Shown here: one piece after another, positions 11,116 through 23,105 of the stretch
How positions within the stretch are numbered: the first letter of the stretch is position 1
Layout of the letters: each line of letters begins with the position of its first letter
Assembly: GCA_032718475.1 (NCBI GenBank)
Contig: JAUCBJ010000197.1
Coordinates: forward strand, 1 to 42,391
Direction: 5' to 3'
From: Nemertoderma westbladi
Taxonomy: Eukaryota > Animalia > Xenacoelomorpha
Length of the DNA: 42,391 nt
Program-made: the position numbers and the translations under genes
Notes under the pieces: generated by a model
The model's database searches: none
Told to the model about the DNA's origin: nothing
Seen by the model: the letters and a program-made list of their open reading frames with translations, nothing else

Positions 11116-12190
11116 GGCTAACCAAAACAATAAACGAATAAGTATACAGGTTATATAGGTCTATACAGGTTACAAGACAAATAAGCACTATAAAATACTT
11201 AATAGGGAGAAATTTGGAAAAATACAAAATCTTCATATATAATATCCCAGTAGAATTTCGACCGAAAAGTAAAACCTGGTATTCTTCACATGGGCGAAAT
11301 ACATAAATTAATATTTCATTTACGTAATTGTTAAAGTTAAATGCGAAAAAACCACAGTCCCGGTACTTATCTTTCACGATAAACTACAGTTTCACTGTTT
11401 TCATTCGTTTAACTTGCTTTTGTATTACTAATGCAAAGCCATTTATAAAATAGAATAAAATAGCCCAGTGAAGATGCAAAAATACATGTGACATTCAAAC
11501 GCCCATTACCTCAGATGTTTCACAACCAAATTCAAATGTTTTGACATGTTTTGAATCCTTGCATGGCCAGCTTTTCATTGCTGCTACCAACAAAATATAT
11601 AATATAATATTTATAATATATAAATATATAATATATAAGGTTGAAGAATAACTGCAGTGCGACTAGTGTAATATCGCTGGAGACAGTTTTTTTTAAACAA
11701 AGCAAAAAGGATAGTTATAAAATCCGAAAATAGCGAAAAAGACGAACTTATTTACGAAAATATCGAAATTATAAAACTTTAATTTAAAAGAAATCTCGCT
11801 TTTCAATGAGATCGGTATTATTCAAAGACACACTTTACATTAATTAATAAAATCCGATAATTTCGTCCCAAAGAAATTTAATTGGCCTACCAAGTACTGT
11901 CTTTGCTGATTGGTTGTTAGGGGTAATCCAATGATGGTAAAACACCAAAAGTTGGCTCTCAAATTAGGACAGTAAATTCAGAGTAGTGTGTGGGCCTACT
12001 GCATTGCGACTGAAGGACTGTAGTTACGTCAACCTGTTCACACCCACCACTTACTTGCCTGACAGACACTGCCTGTATCATATGCCGCAAACAACATTTT
12101 ATATGGGAAATACATTGTTGCAGTTTTGGGTTAGGGTACCGCACCGCTTCCTTCAACTTTGTTGCCCTTTCGCTTTCAGGCTTCAGGTGA

Positions 12191-12706
12191 TTATTCGTTG
12201 TGGGGCGAGCCACGAAGTTGGCGGAGCCTTAGCGAATTGACACTGTTAGGGGGTGGGTCAATTTATGCAAATAGTTGTCGTCGTCGTCGTCGTCGTTGTC
12301 GTCGTCGTCGTCGTTGTCGTCGTCGTTACGATTTTGACATGCTAATAACTTTGTCGGATTTAAAGCTGCCAAGTTGAAAATTTGTAGGTATCAATATGAG
12401 CAAAAGTTGAGATTTTTGAGAGACTTTCAGACACCATCAGTGCAATGGTCTCCCGCTAGAGGGCCACATGTCTAAACATTAAATGCCCTCCCATTTCTTT
12501 GCTTTTAATCCGTTTAAGCTGAAACTTGGCAGATATGTATTAGACCATTAGCTGTGACTTTCAAAGGAGGCGAATCCATCTGCAGTTCTCCAGTCTGCCG
12601 CTAGAGGGCCAACGTGACTATTTGCATAAATTGACCTACCCCCTAACAGTGTCAATTCGCTAAGGCTCTGCCAACTTCGTGCTGCGCGAAGTCCCCACTT
12701 CGTGTT
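12191..12706. mobile_element. Non-autonomous element with 65-bp subterminal inverted repeats and an internal (CGT)n microsatellite (superfamily uncertain)
   Basis: 12211-12275 is the reverse complement of 12617-12681 with 2 mismatches. (CGT)n at ~12277-12327. Outer boundaries are approximate. Confidence 0.75.
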
Positions 12707-13270
12707 ATGCTTATGTTTTCGTGTTTTGGTACAATCATATTCTGTGAGTCGTTTCGATTTGTAACTATTTGTCATTATGTCATATTGTGTAAATCGTATA
12801 CAGTATCTATTTGTCACTGACTATTATTGTATGTCATATATTGAGTAAATCGTAGGCCTACAGTATCTAATTTGTCACTATTTGTATGTCAGATCTTATT
12901 TGTAAGTCGTATCTTGTTGTCACTATTTCTATGTCATATTATGTATGTCGTATCTCTACCATTTCCGTTGCAAATAACGTGTTTGTAGGACAATTATTCA
13001 GTACTGTGGCGCTGTGGCAGTACTGTGGTGGTGGTATTGTATTTAACACATATTTAATGTTGTCTATAATATACAGTACTAACTAATTATCTACCATATG
13101 CTTGTACACCTGTAGGCCCATATACACTGATCTGCTGATGCTGAGTGTGGCGGGATCCTGGTTGGCATGAGATCCTGACAGTTCAATTTTAGTGATGTCT
13201 CCTTCGCGCTGTCATTTGACTGTTAGAGGATTGATTGGCTGCAGGACTGGTGAAAAGTTAGAGTTATTAA

Positions 13271-16200
13271 CTACTACTAGGATCGGCATGCTGCATTGCA
13301 GCTGCATTTTTAAGAATGCTGTGCTGGCTTGTAAACAAAATTGCACCGCCACAACTCCCTATCACCCATGACATTTGCTAGATCATCCTCATCTTCAAGG
13401 CCAGTGTTCTTTAAGATGCGTCTCAAGAAAGTCATGGGCTGTCCACCATGCTTATTCACTCCATGAGGCTGCCAAAGTACAAGATTATGCACTGGCTGGT
13501 CCTCACGGCGAAAGCAATGTCCTGCAAAGCAGAGGCGATTTTGTTCTAGTGTCAAGCTTGGCGGAACCAATGAGACACCTCCAATGTTATATAGTGTCTG
13601 GTTGGAGATGTGTGCATTGTACTTGACACAATGAACCCGGCGTAGCATTCTTGTAAATGTGCCATCCAGAGATTTGGTGTCCTCAGCAGTTAGAGCCCAG
13701 CATGGACTCCCGTAGAGGAGTACTGGAACCACTGCTGCTCTAAATAATCGGACCTTAAGTTTCCGATTAATTCTCGGTGACTTCCAAATCCTGGAAAGCC
13801 TACCCATGCCTTTCCCTTACGTATTTGACTTCCTGACTTCCGGATCCATGGTCCCAGGTAACAGAAGTTGTCCATATGCTCAAGCATACCATCCTTTGAG
13901 CTTATGCTCATCCGATCAGAGACTTGCTGAGGACTTTCAAAGTTAACTGTCAAAATTTTGGTCTTTCTGGAGTTAATAAATAGACCAACACTAGAAGCAG
14001 CATGTTCTAATGAGCTGAGGAGCCGTTAGGCTCCCTCTAATGATTTTGAGAGTACTCCTAAGTCATCAGCAAAGTCTAGATCAGTTAGGTACTTGGCAGG
14101 ATTTCCTGGACTTCTGGAGCCAGTAGGTGGAGTTATCATCACCCCATCATCATTATGATGATCTAAGGACATGCGTAGAACATAGTCAACCACAATAATG
14201 AACAAGAATGGTGCAAGTGTGTCTCATTGGAGGACGCACCATAACACTTCAAATGGTTCTGTGTCACCATCAACAGTAGACACAAATGTTGTCGAACCAT
14301 CGTATACTGATCTGATTGCTGCAATAATTTCATCAGGAATCCCATATAATGAAAGTATGCTGAACATACGTGAGCGAGAGACTGAATCAAAGGCCTTGAA
14401 GAAGTCAACAAAGATAACAGCCAGATGCCTGTCTTTCTTTTTTGATAATTCTTCAATTATCCTTCTAAGTGCCAAAATGGGCTCCATGGTCCCACGACCT
14501 TTACAGAACCCATTCTGACTTCCACGGAGCAGTCTCTCAATGGGATCCCTGATGTGATTTAGTAGAATCCTATTGTATAGCTTTGCAGCAATCGAGATCA
14601 ATGAGATTCCCCGAAAAGAACCATAGAGTGTTAGGTTGCCCTTCTTGGGAACTGGCACCAACTTATTTGTTTTCATTTCTTGTGGGACTCTTGTTGTTCT
14701 GTACATGTCTACTATGATGGGATAGATGAGCTTTAAACACTCAGGTATTTTAAAGACCTCAGGGGGAACACCATCTACTCCACTGGCACGATTGGTCTTA
14801 ATTTTCTTTGCAGCAGCCTTCACTTCTGCAAAGGAGATATCGCCAATGGGAATATCTGGGAGTACAGACTCAGACACTTTTACTTCTATAAAGTTATCAG
14901 GCAATACCCTGTCAATATTTCATTATTGAGGAGCTTTTCAAAGTGGGCTTTCCAACCATTGAGGCGATCGGCTGGTGATTCAGCCTTAACCTTGGTGGTT
15001 GGTTGGCTTTTCCGCCCAGTAAGCAAATTGATCGATTTCCATGCCTGGGATGATTGCCTGCTGTCGTCAGCATCATTGATGGCATCAACCTGTTGGTTTA
15101 TTAGCTCCTGTAGATTAACAGAGTACTGCCTGTTCATGGACCTAGATGCAGCCTTAACTGCATTCTTGGCCGCTGTAGTCTGTTTGAGTCGGGACTCTTT
15201 CTGCGCCTTATGAAGGTCATTTCTGCACTTCTAAATTTTGTTGTCAGTCCAGGTGGCCCTTTTCCTGTTTCGAGGGTATACAGGAACTGTTTCTGCAGCT
15301 GCTAACTTAACTGCTTCTGTAAAGGCAGTATAGCCCTCACAATGATCTGCCGCCTCAGAGGCAAGAACCTCATATATGTTGCTCAGCTGTAGTGTGAAGC
15401 TGGATCTCACACTTGGCTGTTACAACAGAGAGGACCAGTCATGTCGCGGCAAGGCAGATTTCGTTGTTCTGCTAGCACGCAGACCAAGTCTTACCTTGGC
15501 CACAATAAGGTGCTGATCACCGGTGAAGGGTCGAAGTGTAAATGCATTAAGTCTTGTACAGAGCTCCTGTATTTCCTACAAAACAGAATATGGTCTATCT
15601 GGGACTTGTGACCACTGGGTCCACTATGTGTCCATAGCTTTCCAGTTCGGTTCTTGAACTGGGTTTCTCTCTGAAAATAATCCATTTCCAGAGATAAAAT
15701 CCTGAAGATGGATGAAATTTCGGTTAACACTATTGCTATAGACCCAGGGCAATGTAGGTGATTGATGCAGACTATTAAAGTCTCCCAGGAATGTTAAGAA
15801 TGCATGCTGATCTACTCCATCAGTAGCTGCTTGTAGATTATGGTAGAAATTTTCCACCACCTCTACAGGGGCAACACTAGTTGGAGAGTAGCACACAATC
15901 AGAACCACCTTAGGAAACTTCTTAGCCAGTCTTCCAGAACATGAGAAATGGCAACGGATGATGCGGTTAGAGATTTGGTCTATTTTGTCCAATGCTGCAT
16001 GTGCAGTTGGATTCATCAATAGACCAATTCCACCATTGCCACTATCATCTGCTGACGTGAGGGCGAGTCGCCAACCACCCCCATGTCCTTAATCAGAACC
16101 TCATCAGTCTTTCCAGTCTGCATTCGGTGCTCTTGAACACCCACTGCGCTAAGAGAAAGCTTATCTGCCAAGGCAGTCAGCTCACCTTTTCGCATTTTCG

Positions 16201-16517
16201 GACCCGAGTGTTAGGGTGTTTACTGAGGCTAGTCTAGTGACTTGCCTCAGATTCACCAATGGCTTTGTTGGTCGGGGTGGGACATGAGAGTAGCCTCCAA
16301 CTCTAGAATCTCTCTCCCCATCACAATCTGGCCTCCCTGGTGACCCAGGGTTTGGGCCAGAAAGGTCATCAGGAAAGGGACTCAAAGAATTATTGGCTGC
16401 TCTCTCTCCAGTAGGGGGTGAGACAGGCAGCCAGTTAGGAGTTAACTGACGCCTGTGAGGCCGATTGTGTCCGGTAATTCCACTGGCCTCTAGTGGCCGG
16501 ACCTCCGCATTTGGATA
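13271..16517 (-). mobile_element. Full-length, decayed RTE-clade non-LTR retrotransposon (APE endonuclease + RT)
   Basis: Minus-strand fragments: VLIVCYSPT/LGDFN/SQIDHIL (APE); ASGVDGVPPE, VPVPKKGNL, FRGISL, QNGF, FVDFFKAFDSV, LDFADD (~14062-14079); IWKS...KVRLFRAAVVPVLLYG (RTE C-terminus). (TAG)3 tail. Candidate TSD TTATTAA at 13264-13270 and 16518-16524. Many stops and frameshifts. Confidence 0.9.
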
Positions 16518-17329
16518 TTATTAATAAAATGATCTCAGTAGCACAGTCCACCAGTATGATTACAGCACGCTACAGCAATAACAGTAGTGGTATACATCCC
16601 CTTTCTACACTGGATTGCCAACTGATTTACACAATGCACCGGACTGTTAATATAAAGGGGTAAAATATATATTGCCTGTAAGGCTAACACATCTCATTGG
16701 CCTTTCATGGTGGATACAGCTTAATCTAACAGGTACAGCCCTCCTATTAGTTGCCTTACTATATCACTCCTTACAATATCGGATGTGTGGTGGGACTATC
16801 TTCTCTGGGTCCAGTCTCCCAATCTGGTCCCACTGGGTCTGTTCTCACTACCCATCCTTGACACTCCTGCGAGCTAATGGATGCCAAGGCATGCGGCATC
16901 TATATTTAGATGATTGCCTCTTCCTCTAACAATTTTAAATTGGGTACCATTGGATCTGATCCGCTGGGCCCCAATTTCCTCACTTCTCATATATATCATT
17001 AGTCCCATAGGACTCATCCTCTTCCCTGACTCACTCCCCACACTTCACTTCCCGGATGTTGCACTCCTCAGCACTGAACTCCTCACACTCTCTCACTCCT
17101 GTTTATTCGTACAGTAAGTTGATAAATGGATCCATCTATTTCTGTTTCAGTCATTGAGTCTCCCATCCCAGTAGCTAATTGAGAAAGGTTATATCTGACT
17201 TTCATAGTATATACTTAATTTCAATTATATTGACTACGTAATGATTTAATTATATTTATTGCACTTACTGATTGCACTACATAATTAATTAAGTTCAAGT
17301 TAGACTGAGAATGTGTTTATATAAGTTAA

Positions 17330-18918
17330 TTGTCCTGACTGTGCCTTCTAGGCACATTGATGTTATAACCAGTCAGTGTACTATTTATCACCTGGGAACC
17401 AATCAACTCATTTCCTCTATTTTTGTCCTGTCTTGGGTGCTTTCTGTCCTCCTTCTGGTTCTTCAGTGCTGCTGCATGTCCTGCCGCAGCTCTCCCTATC
17501 CCTGTTGTTGGTTCCCTGGGTGGGGCCATTATGGCTTCTCTATATCTCTTAGCCGGAGGTCCTGTCGCATGCCCTCCCAGCCACTCGTAGTATCCCAGAT
17601 AATGTTCTTCTTCCTCTGGGGGATGTGCTGGTCCAGGAACCCCCTGAACTCTTTCCTCCCTTCCTCTGTCCACCTAACCAGGTACCACTGGGTGTTGGTA
17701 ACCCCTCCTCATGATACCACTGTTAGCACTTCCAGATAGGTAAAAGGCAACTTTTGGTGGATCAACAGCTGGTGTATCTGCTGATTGAGGTTGAAGAAGC
17801 CCCAGCGAAACTCCTGGGCCTTCATCCTCTGCATCGCTATTGCGCCCAGATTAGCTGAGTCCTCAAATCTGCTTGTCCTATCCTCTCTACCGGTTGCACC
17901 TCCCCGAACTCATCCTCTCTACTGGGGTGGTTTTAGGCCTGGGATCCCTGCTCCTGTCTCCTTATATCCCTCTTCAGGCCAGTTCCCGTCTGAGACCCCC
18001 CTGTTGCCCAATGTCACTCTCGGTTTCTTCCTCCTGTAGTCACCCTTGGACCCTCCTGGTATCAGCATACCACTCTGCGCCCCAGACGTTGATTGGATCA
18101 GTGTCCATTCTGGATAGCTCATTGTCTATCCTTCTCTCTCCTCGTACTGATACTCGCTGGAGATGTCCGAGTTCTACGCCAACTCATCCAGGTCTTGCTC
18201 ACCGAACTCGTATTCCTCCACCCACTTCCTTGCTGTCGCTTCCCTTCCTAGCGCTTCCCTTCTTTCCCTTCTGGCCGCCTCTTCTTCCCTCCATGCGTCC
18301 TCCTGCTCTGCCTCCTCCTTTGCCCATCTTTGGCGCGGTGTTTCTACAATTCTACCCACAAGATGCTGGGTATCATAGTACACCGACTTGCCTTTCCACC
18401 CTGGGTAGTCTTCTAGACCCACTAGAGCTATCTTGAAGGCTCTCCTGTGGTTCAGTGGTGATCCTTGAAGTAAAAATGCCATCGGCTGTCTGCTGATGAC
18501 CACTGTCATTAAGAAGTTTGCCAACCCGATCATCACCCAATCCTCCTGTAAGATGTACTTCTTCTTGTACAGCTTAATTAATCCCCTTCAGAAGGGATAT
18601 AATTCTTCCTGCCTTGGTCTCGCCTCCTAGTTCAGCGACTCTGTCAGCTCTGCTCCATATTCCTCTTGAAACTTCTTCCAATCTGTCGGTTTATGAGAAA
18701 TGAGTCCCATCATCTGACCCATGGCCACAGCACTGCAGTGTCCCATATTCTCCACCAATCCCAACCCTTCTGGACTCGCCATGGTCATATAGACTACTTG
18801 CATGTCCAGGAGGTTTGATGTATTCAGTCCTATGACTCGATCTGCATCGCCATGGATTGCTGATCCTATCTTGATCGTCATCCTCTCCCTAACCAACCAC
18901 TGCACAGCATCTGGCAGA
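17330..18918 (-). pseudogene. Decayed ORF beginning with a DEDDy (WRN/RNase D-like) 3'-5' exonuclease fragment, probably a retroelement accessory ORF
   Basis: LPDAVQWLVRERMTIKIGSAIHGDADRV...LLDMQ fits the LPxxLxxLLxxxxxxKVGxxIxxD...xxDL ExoII pattern. It is followed by purine-rich coding-like fragments broken by stops. Confidence 0.5.
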
Positions 18919-18919
18919 C

Positions 18920-19253
18920 GTGAAACAAATTCAAAATATGCTGGGAAAAATGGATAACCCCGATATAAATGCCGAGGAATTCCAAGTGGGGTTATTTTAA
19001 TGAACTCTGTAACACCCCACGAACTGACACCTGGACCTCGCCTAATGAAATTTTATTCAGTCGTCATATACGGTCCAAGATTACATTACATCGTACTGCC
19101 TTTGACCCCAAGTGGCAGAAAATTGCTGATGAAAGTGATCGAAATCGAGCAGAAATAACAAACAAAACCGTAACCCATTATAACGCAAGTGCGAGAGACC
19201 TCCAACCATTACGAATTGGAACTGTAGTACGAATACAAGATAGATCTTCTAAA
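18920..19253 (+). pseudogene. Gypsy/Ty3 (Mag-like) integrase C-terminal fragment
   Basis: VKQIQNMLGK...EEFQVGL / ELCNTPR...SPNEILFSRHIRS...HYNASARDLQPLRIGTVVRIQD matches the LLExRNTP..SPAxxLFGR..YD..A..L..L..G..VRIQD pattern. Frameshifted. Confidence 0.8.
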
Positions 19254-20347
19254 GTTGGCCTGGGGCTTCAGCCCCTTCGCCCCCCCGGGTGAAGGGGCTG
19301 TCCCTTTGCCTTCAATTACGACGATGATTTATTCTGCAATGAATGTGTAAATGATAATTTATTATAAGGATGGGATGGAAAGAGTAGGACAATAGGAGGA
19401 TTAGAATAAATAATCCATGAACATTCAATGACTCTGAAATGTGTATTCCGTATAAATTATCTATACTCTACATTATAATCCATACGGTTAAGCAACTGGT
19501 AGAATTGCACTAAATCCAATCGGTGGAATCGATACTCAAATCTGGGCAGTCCAAGTCAACGAAAGCAGTTGGGATATGATAACTCGGGTAGCCCGAATGG
19601 CAATCTCGCTGAATGCTTTATAGTAAGATAGTGTAACCAACTCTGTTAGGCAACCAAACATCATGTTCAGTCGTTTCTAACAGCGCTTTGCAGCAATACA
19701 TAAGCGACTACGTCGCCACTAGTTCCAGGATCATTGTTAGCATTTTGTCGAATCACGCATTCATCCTCAGACCCCCATGATAAGCGTTAACACTAACCGT
19801 TAGTCAATTCCTCCTTGACTGTACACATCTGATACAGCCCATACAGATACAAGGTCATTCTCCTCTTGCCTGAACCCGCCAGGTCATAATATCTATGTAG
19901 ACCTATAAGTACATTATTTTCTTCCTTTGCCGTCGTACGTCGCTGTTGTAGTAGGCTTAATGCGACATTGCCATGGGCGTTCCATTCCGGCTCGCAGCTC
20001 CAGCAGTCCAGGTACTCCCATTCGCCGTATTCTCTCCTCCTTGCTGTTGCCATTGTTCCGGGAACCCCTGTTCACTCATCCTTGTACATTGACGTTGTCC
20101 CATTTACTCTCCGTTCTCCGTAACAATAAGCAAGTATACAATCGCTGCAGTGCTCGTACTGTTGTACCGGTGACTGCTGCACTGTACTGCTGTACTACAA
20201 CAGTACTGACGTAGCAGTCGCTGCAGTAACAAAACTGCCCTAATTTATACAAAGATAGTATCAGGTATCTGAATGTTGATGTAAATGGGATTCGGAGGCG
20301 TATAGTGACGTCACGACCAATCACAGATCGTTTTCATATTTTGAAGA

Positions 20348-20766
20348 TCGGTTTATGAGAAATGAGTCCCATCATCTGACCCATGGCCACAGCACTGCAG
20401 TGTCCCTTATTCTCCACCAATCCCAACCCTTCTGGACTCGCCATGGTCATATAGACTACTTGCATGTCCAGGAGGTTTGACGTATTCAGTCCTATGACTC
20501 GATCTGCATCGCCATAGATTGCTGATCCTATCTTGATCGTCATCCTCTCCCTAACCAACCACTGCACAGCATCTGGCAGACGTGAAACAAATTCAAAATA
20601 TGCTGGGAAAAATGGATAACCCCGATATAAATGCCGAGGAATTCCAAGTGGGGTTATTTTAATGGAACTCTGTAACACCCCACGAACTGACACCTGGAAC
20701 TCGCCTAATGAAATTTTATTCAGTCGTCATATACGGTCCAAGATTACATTACATCGTACTGCCTTT
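20348..20766. repeat. Near-identical direct duplicate of 18686-19103
   Basis: TCGGTTTATGAGAAATGAGTCCC...CATCGTACTGCCTTT occurs at both sites with a few substitutions and a 1-bp indel. Confidence 0.97.
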
Positions 20767-20801
20767 ATTTTACGTCTTTAAAATGTAATCATTCGAAGCG
20801 C

Positions 20802-20928
20802 CTTCGTCTGTAGATTCCGAATCTGAAACCCGTTTTAAAAAATTTGATAATTATAAAATTTGATAATATCTCCGGAAATTCTTGGTGAAATTTTCAACGG
20901 GTTTCAGATTCAGAATCTACAGATGAAG
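20802..20928. repeat. 33-bp inverted repeat, probably internal to a DNA-transposon remnant (~20770-21200)
   Basis: CTTCGTCTGTAGATTCCGAATCTGAAACCCGTT (20802-20834) versus AACGGGTTTCAGATTCAGAATCTACAGATGAAG (20896-20928), 2 mismatches. Confidence 0.85.
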
Positions 20929-21276
20929 CCGGTTCTAATAATATCTAGATCCCATTCCAAAGACAAAAAATAAAGCTGACGGGGGTGGCTAAATATTGCG
21001 AAATAGACGATTTTTAACGGCTTGTTGTATCGAAATAGCCCATCAATTAAAAAATCCGGCCAGGCCACCAGTAAGAAAAGGTGTCGATCTATCATCATAC
21101 CAAATTTCGTAGCATTTTATTGAAATTTGAAAAAAAAAATAGGGGGGGGGGGGGCTCCGACCCCCTAAAAATGGTTGTTGTATTAAGGGTTAGGGTGTAT
21201 ATATATTTAATCCACCGTCACTCACCCCACAACAATTAATTTATTATTATTATTTAACAATTTGTTACATATTTAG

Positions 21277-21468
21277 ATTACTACCGGAAGTGCAACAGTC
21301 ATTTCCCCAACAACCACCATGCATACAACATCGGTCGCTCTTCATAAAGTTGCCGCAAATCGTCGAAAATGAAATATCCGCTATAAAACAATCAATGGAA
21401 GACCTAAAATTATTACCAGGCCTACTCGCTTCCATACAACCAATAGTTGGTTACCTACAATCGTATCC
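21277..21468 (+). CDS. Candidate 192-bp coding exon (phase 2-2), possibly upstream exon of the multi-CSD gene
   Basis: ATTTAG| acceptor and CC|GTAAGT donor. Open frame LLPEVQQSF...IVGYLQSYP. Phase is compatible with the TTACAG| acceptor at 23154-23155. Confidence 0.45.
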
Positions 21469-21508
21469 GTAAGTGAGAGTTACATCTATTCAAAAAGTAG
21501 AACAATCC

Positions 21509-22775
21509 TATTATTTAAGTTATTCATGTTTCCAGTTAGCAGGGCATAAAGTCACTGCCTAAAATATGCTCTTCCACAGTTACAGTCAATATGGTAAATG
21601 CAAACCCTTTAAGAAATAAGAACTCCCCTTTCCACCATTTCAAATCTCTGCTTCAAACTATTCAAAAATACTATGTACACAATGTTATATTTTTGGACTG
21701 TCATTATTCTACCTACATTTAGAGTCATTTTTAATTGGGTTTTGTTTGTTTTTCACTTAGGGTTTGGTCTAATACCCAAATATTATCCCAAAAAATGTGA
21801 ATGAGACAATTCGTGTCCGGACAACTCGAGACGGGAATCAGGCCTGTATACTTGTATTATAGTTTATTGTTTTGGTTAGAAACTCTGATGTTTCCTCTAA
21901 TTCAGCAATTACTGCTATAAACCGTAAAATTAATACAAGAATACTAAAGGAAGAGGAAAGTTTTATACAGGTTACCTGCAACCGTATACGTAAGTGGGAG
22001 TTAAATCTATTAAAAGGTGGAATAATGGCTACGATTTATTTCAAAACCAAAAAAATCAACTCAACCAAATAAATTAACCTTTGCATCAAAACGGATCACT
22101 TTCCACCAAATATATTTTAATTAGCTATAACTAACCTTCGGCAGTCGAAACCCAGACATAAAGTTTCATCAACCCTAAACCTAACTGAAAACCATGTTTC
22201 CAGTTAGGTTTAGGGTTGAAGAAACTTTATGTCTAGGGTTTCGACAGGGCGACCCTCACCAGGGCCATAGACAGACCTTCTAACATTTGGTGGTAAAATT
22301 GAGCCGTTTTTTGTTATTTAGTGCAAAAAGGTCATAATTGGGTGTGTAAATAATTTGATGCGTATAATAATACTATTATTTAAGTTATTCATGTTACCGG
22401 TGTAGCAGGGCATATGCATGCACTGCCTAAACTTGCTCTTTCACAGTTACAGTCTATATGGTAAATGCAAACCCTCTTAATAAATAAGAACTCCCATTAA
22501 GTGCAACCGTTTCAAATATCTTATTTTCAAATCATTCAAAATACTAATACTAGGGTACACAATGTTCTATTTTGAGACTCATTATTGTACCTTACAGTCA
22601 TTCTTAATTGGGTTTTGTTTTTTTTTCACTTAGGGTCAGGTCCAATATCCAAACAATGATTTCTAAATTCGCGAATCAGACAACTCTATCGGACAACTCG
22701 AGTCCGGAATCAGGTCTGTAAATCAGAAACCTATGTGTGTGTACTTGTATTATAGTTTAATGTTTTGGTTAGAAA
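21509..22775. repeat. Diverged direct duplication (~21509-21885 and ~22374-22775)
   Basis: Shared blocks TATTATTTAAGTTATTCATGTT, CACAGTTACAGTC-ATATGGTAAATGCAAACCC, TTTTTCACTTAGGGT, GGACAACTCGAG and TACTTGTATTATAGTTTA. Confidence 0.85.
22077..22332. mobile_element. Foldback/MITE with a near-perfect central ~100-bp palindrome
   Basis: Central inverted repeat 22144-22245. Degenerate outer inverted repeat 22078-22110 versus 22286-22331. Confidence 0.7.
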
Positions 22776-23105
22776 CACCCGCAACTATAAAATGATCACT
22801 TTCTTCCATTCAACAATTAGTTAGTGAAGGAAGAAATTTTAACACGAGTATTTCGACACGAGTTGTCCGGACAAAAGTAGACCGGATACGAGTTATCCAG
22901 ACGCGAGTCGTCGTGTTCAGACATGATAATCGAATTTAATAAAATAAATTTTTAGAACTTCACACATTACGACCGATACTTTAAAAAAAGTATAACATAG
23001 GACCAACTTAGGGACCAACATATTTTTGCCTTACAAAACATATAAGTTATTCACGTTACCGGTATATGCGAATAGATTAGTTGTGCGTTGTAAGGCCAAA
23101 ATAAA

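Noticed and set aside
12159-12377. Protamine-like RRRRRRCRRRR peptide
   Set aside because: Product of the (CGT)n microsatellite inside a MITE.
16380-16517. HDV-like ribozyme in the RTE 5' UTR
   Set aside because: Several hairpins are present, but I could not assemble the nested double pseudoknot and catalytic C by eye. A covariance-model search is needed.
17311-18436. Plus-strand ORFs of 71-187 aa
   Set aside because: Pyrimidine-rich antisense shadows of the decayed minus-strand ORF.
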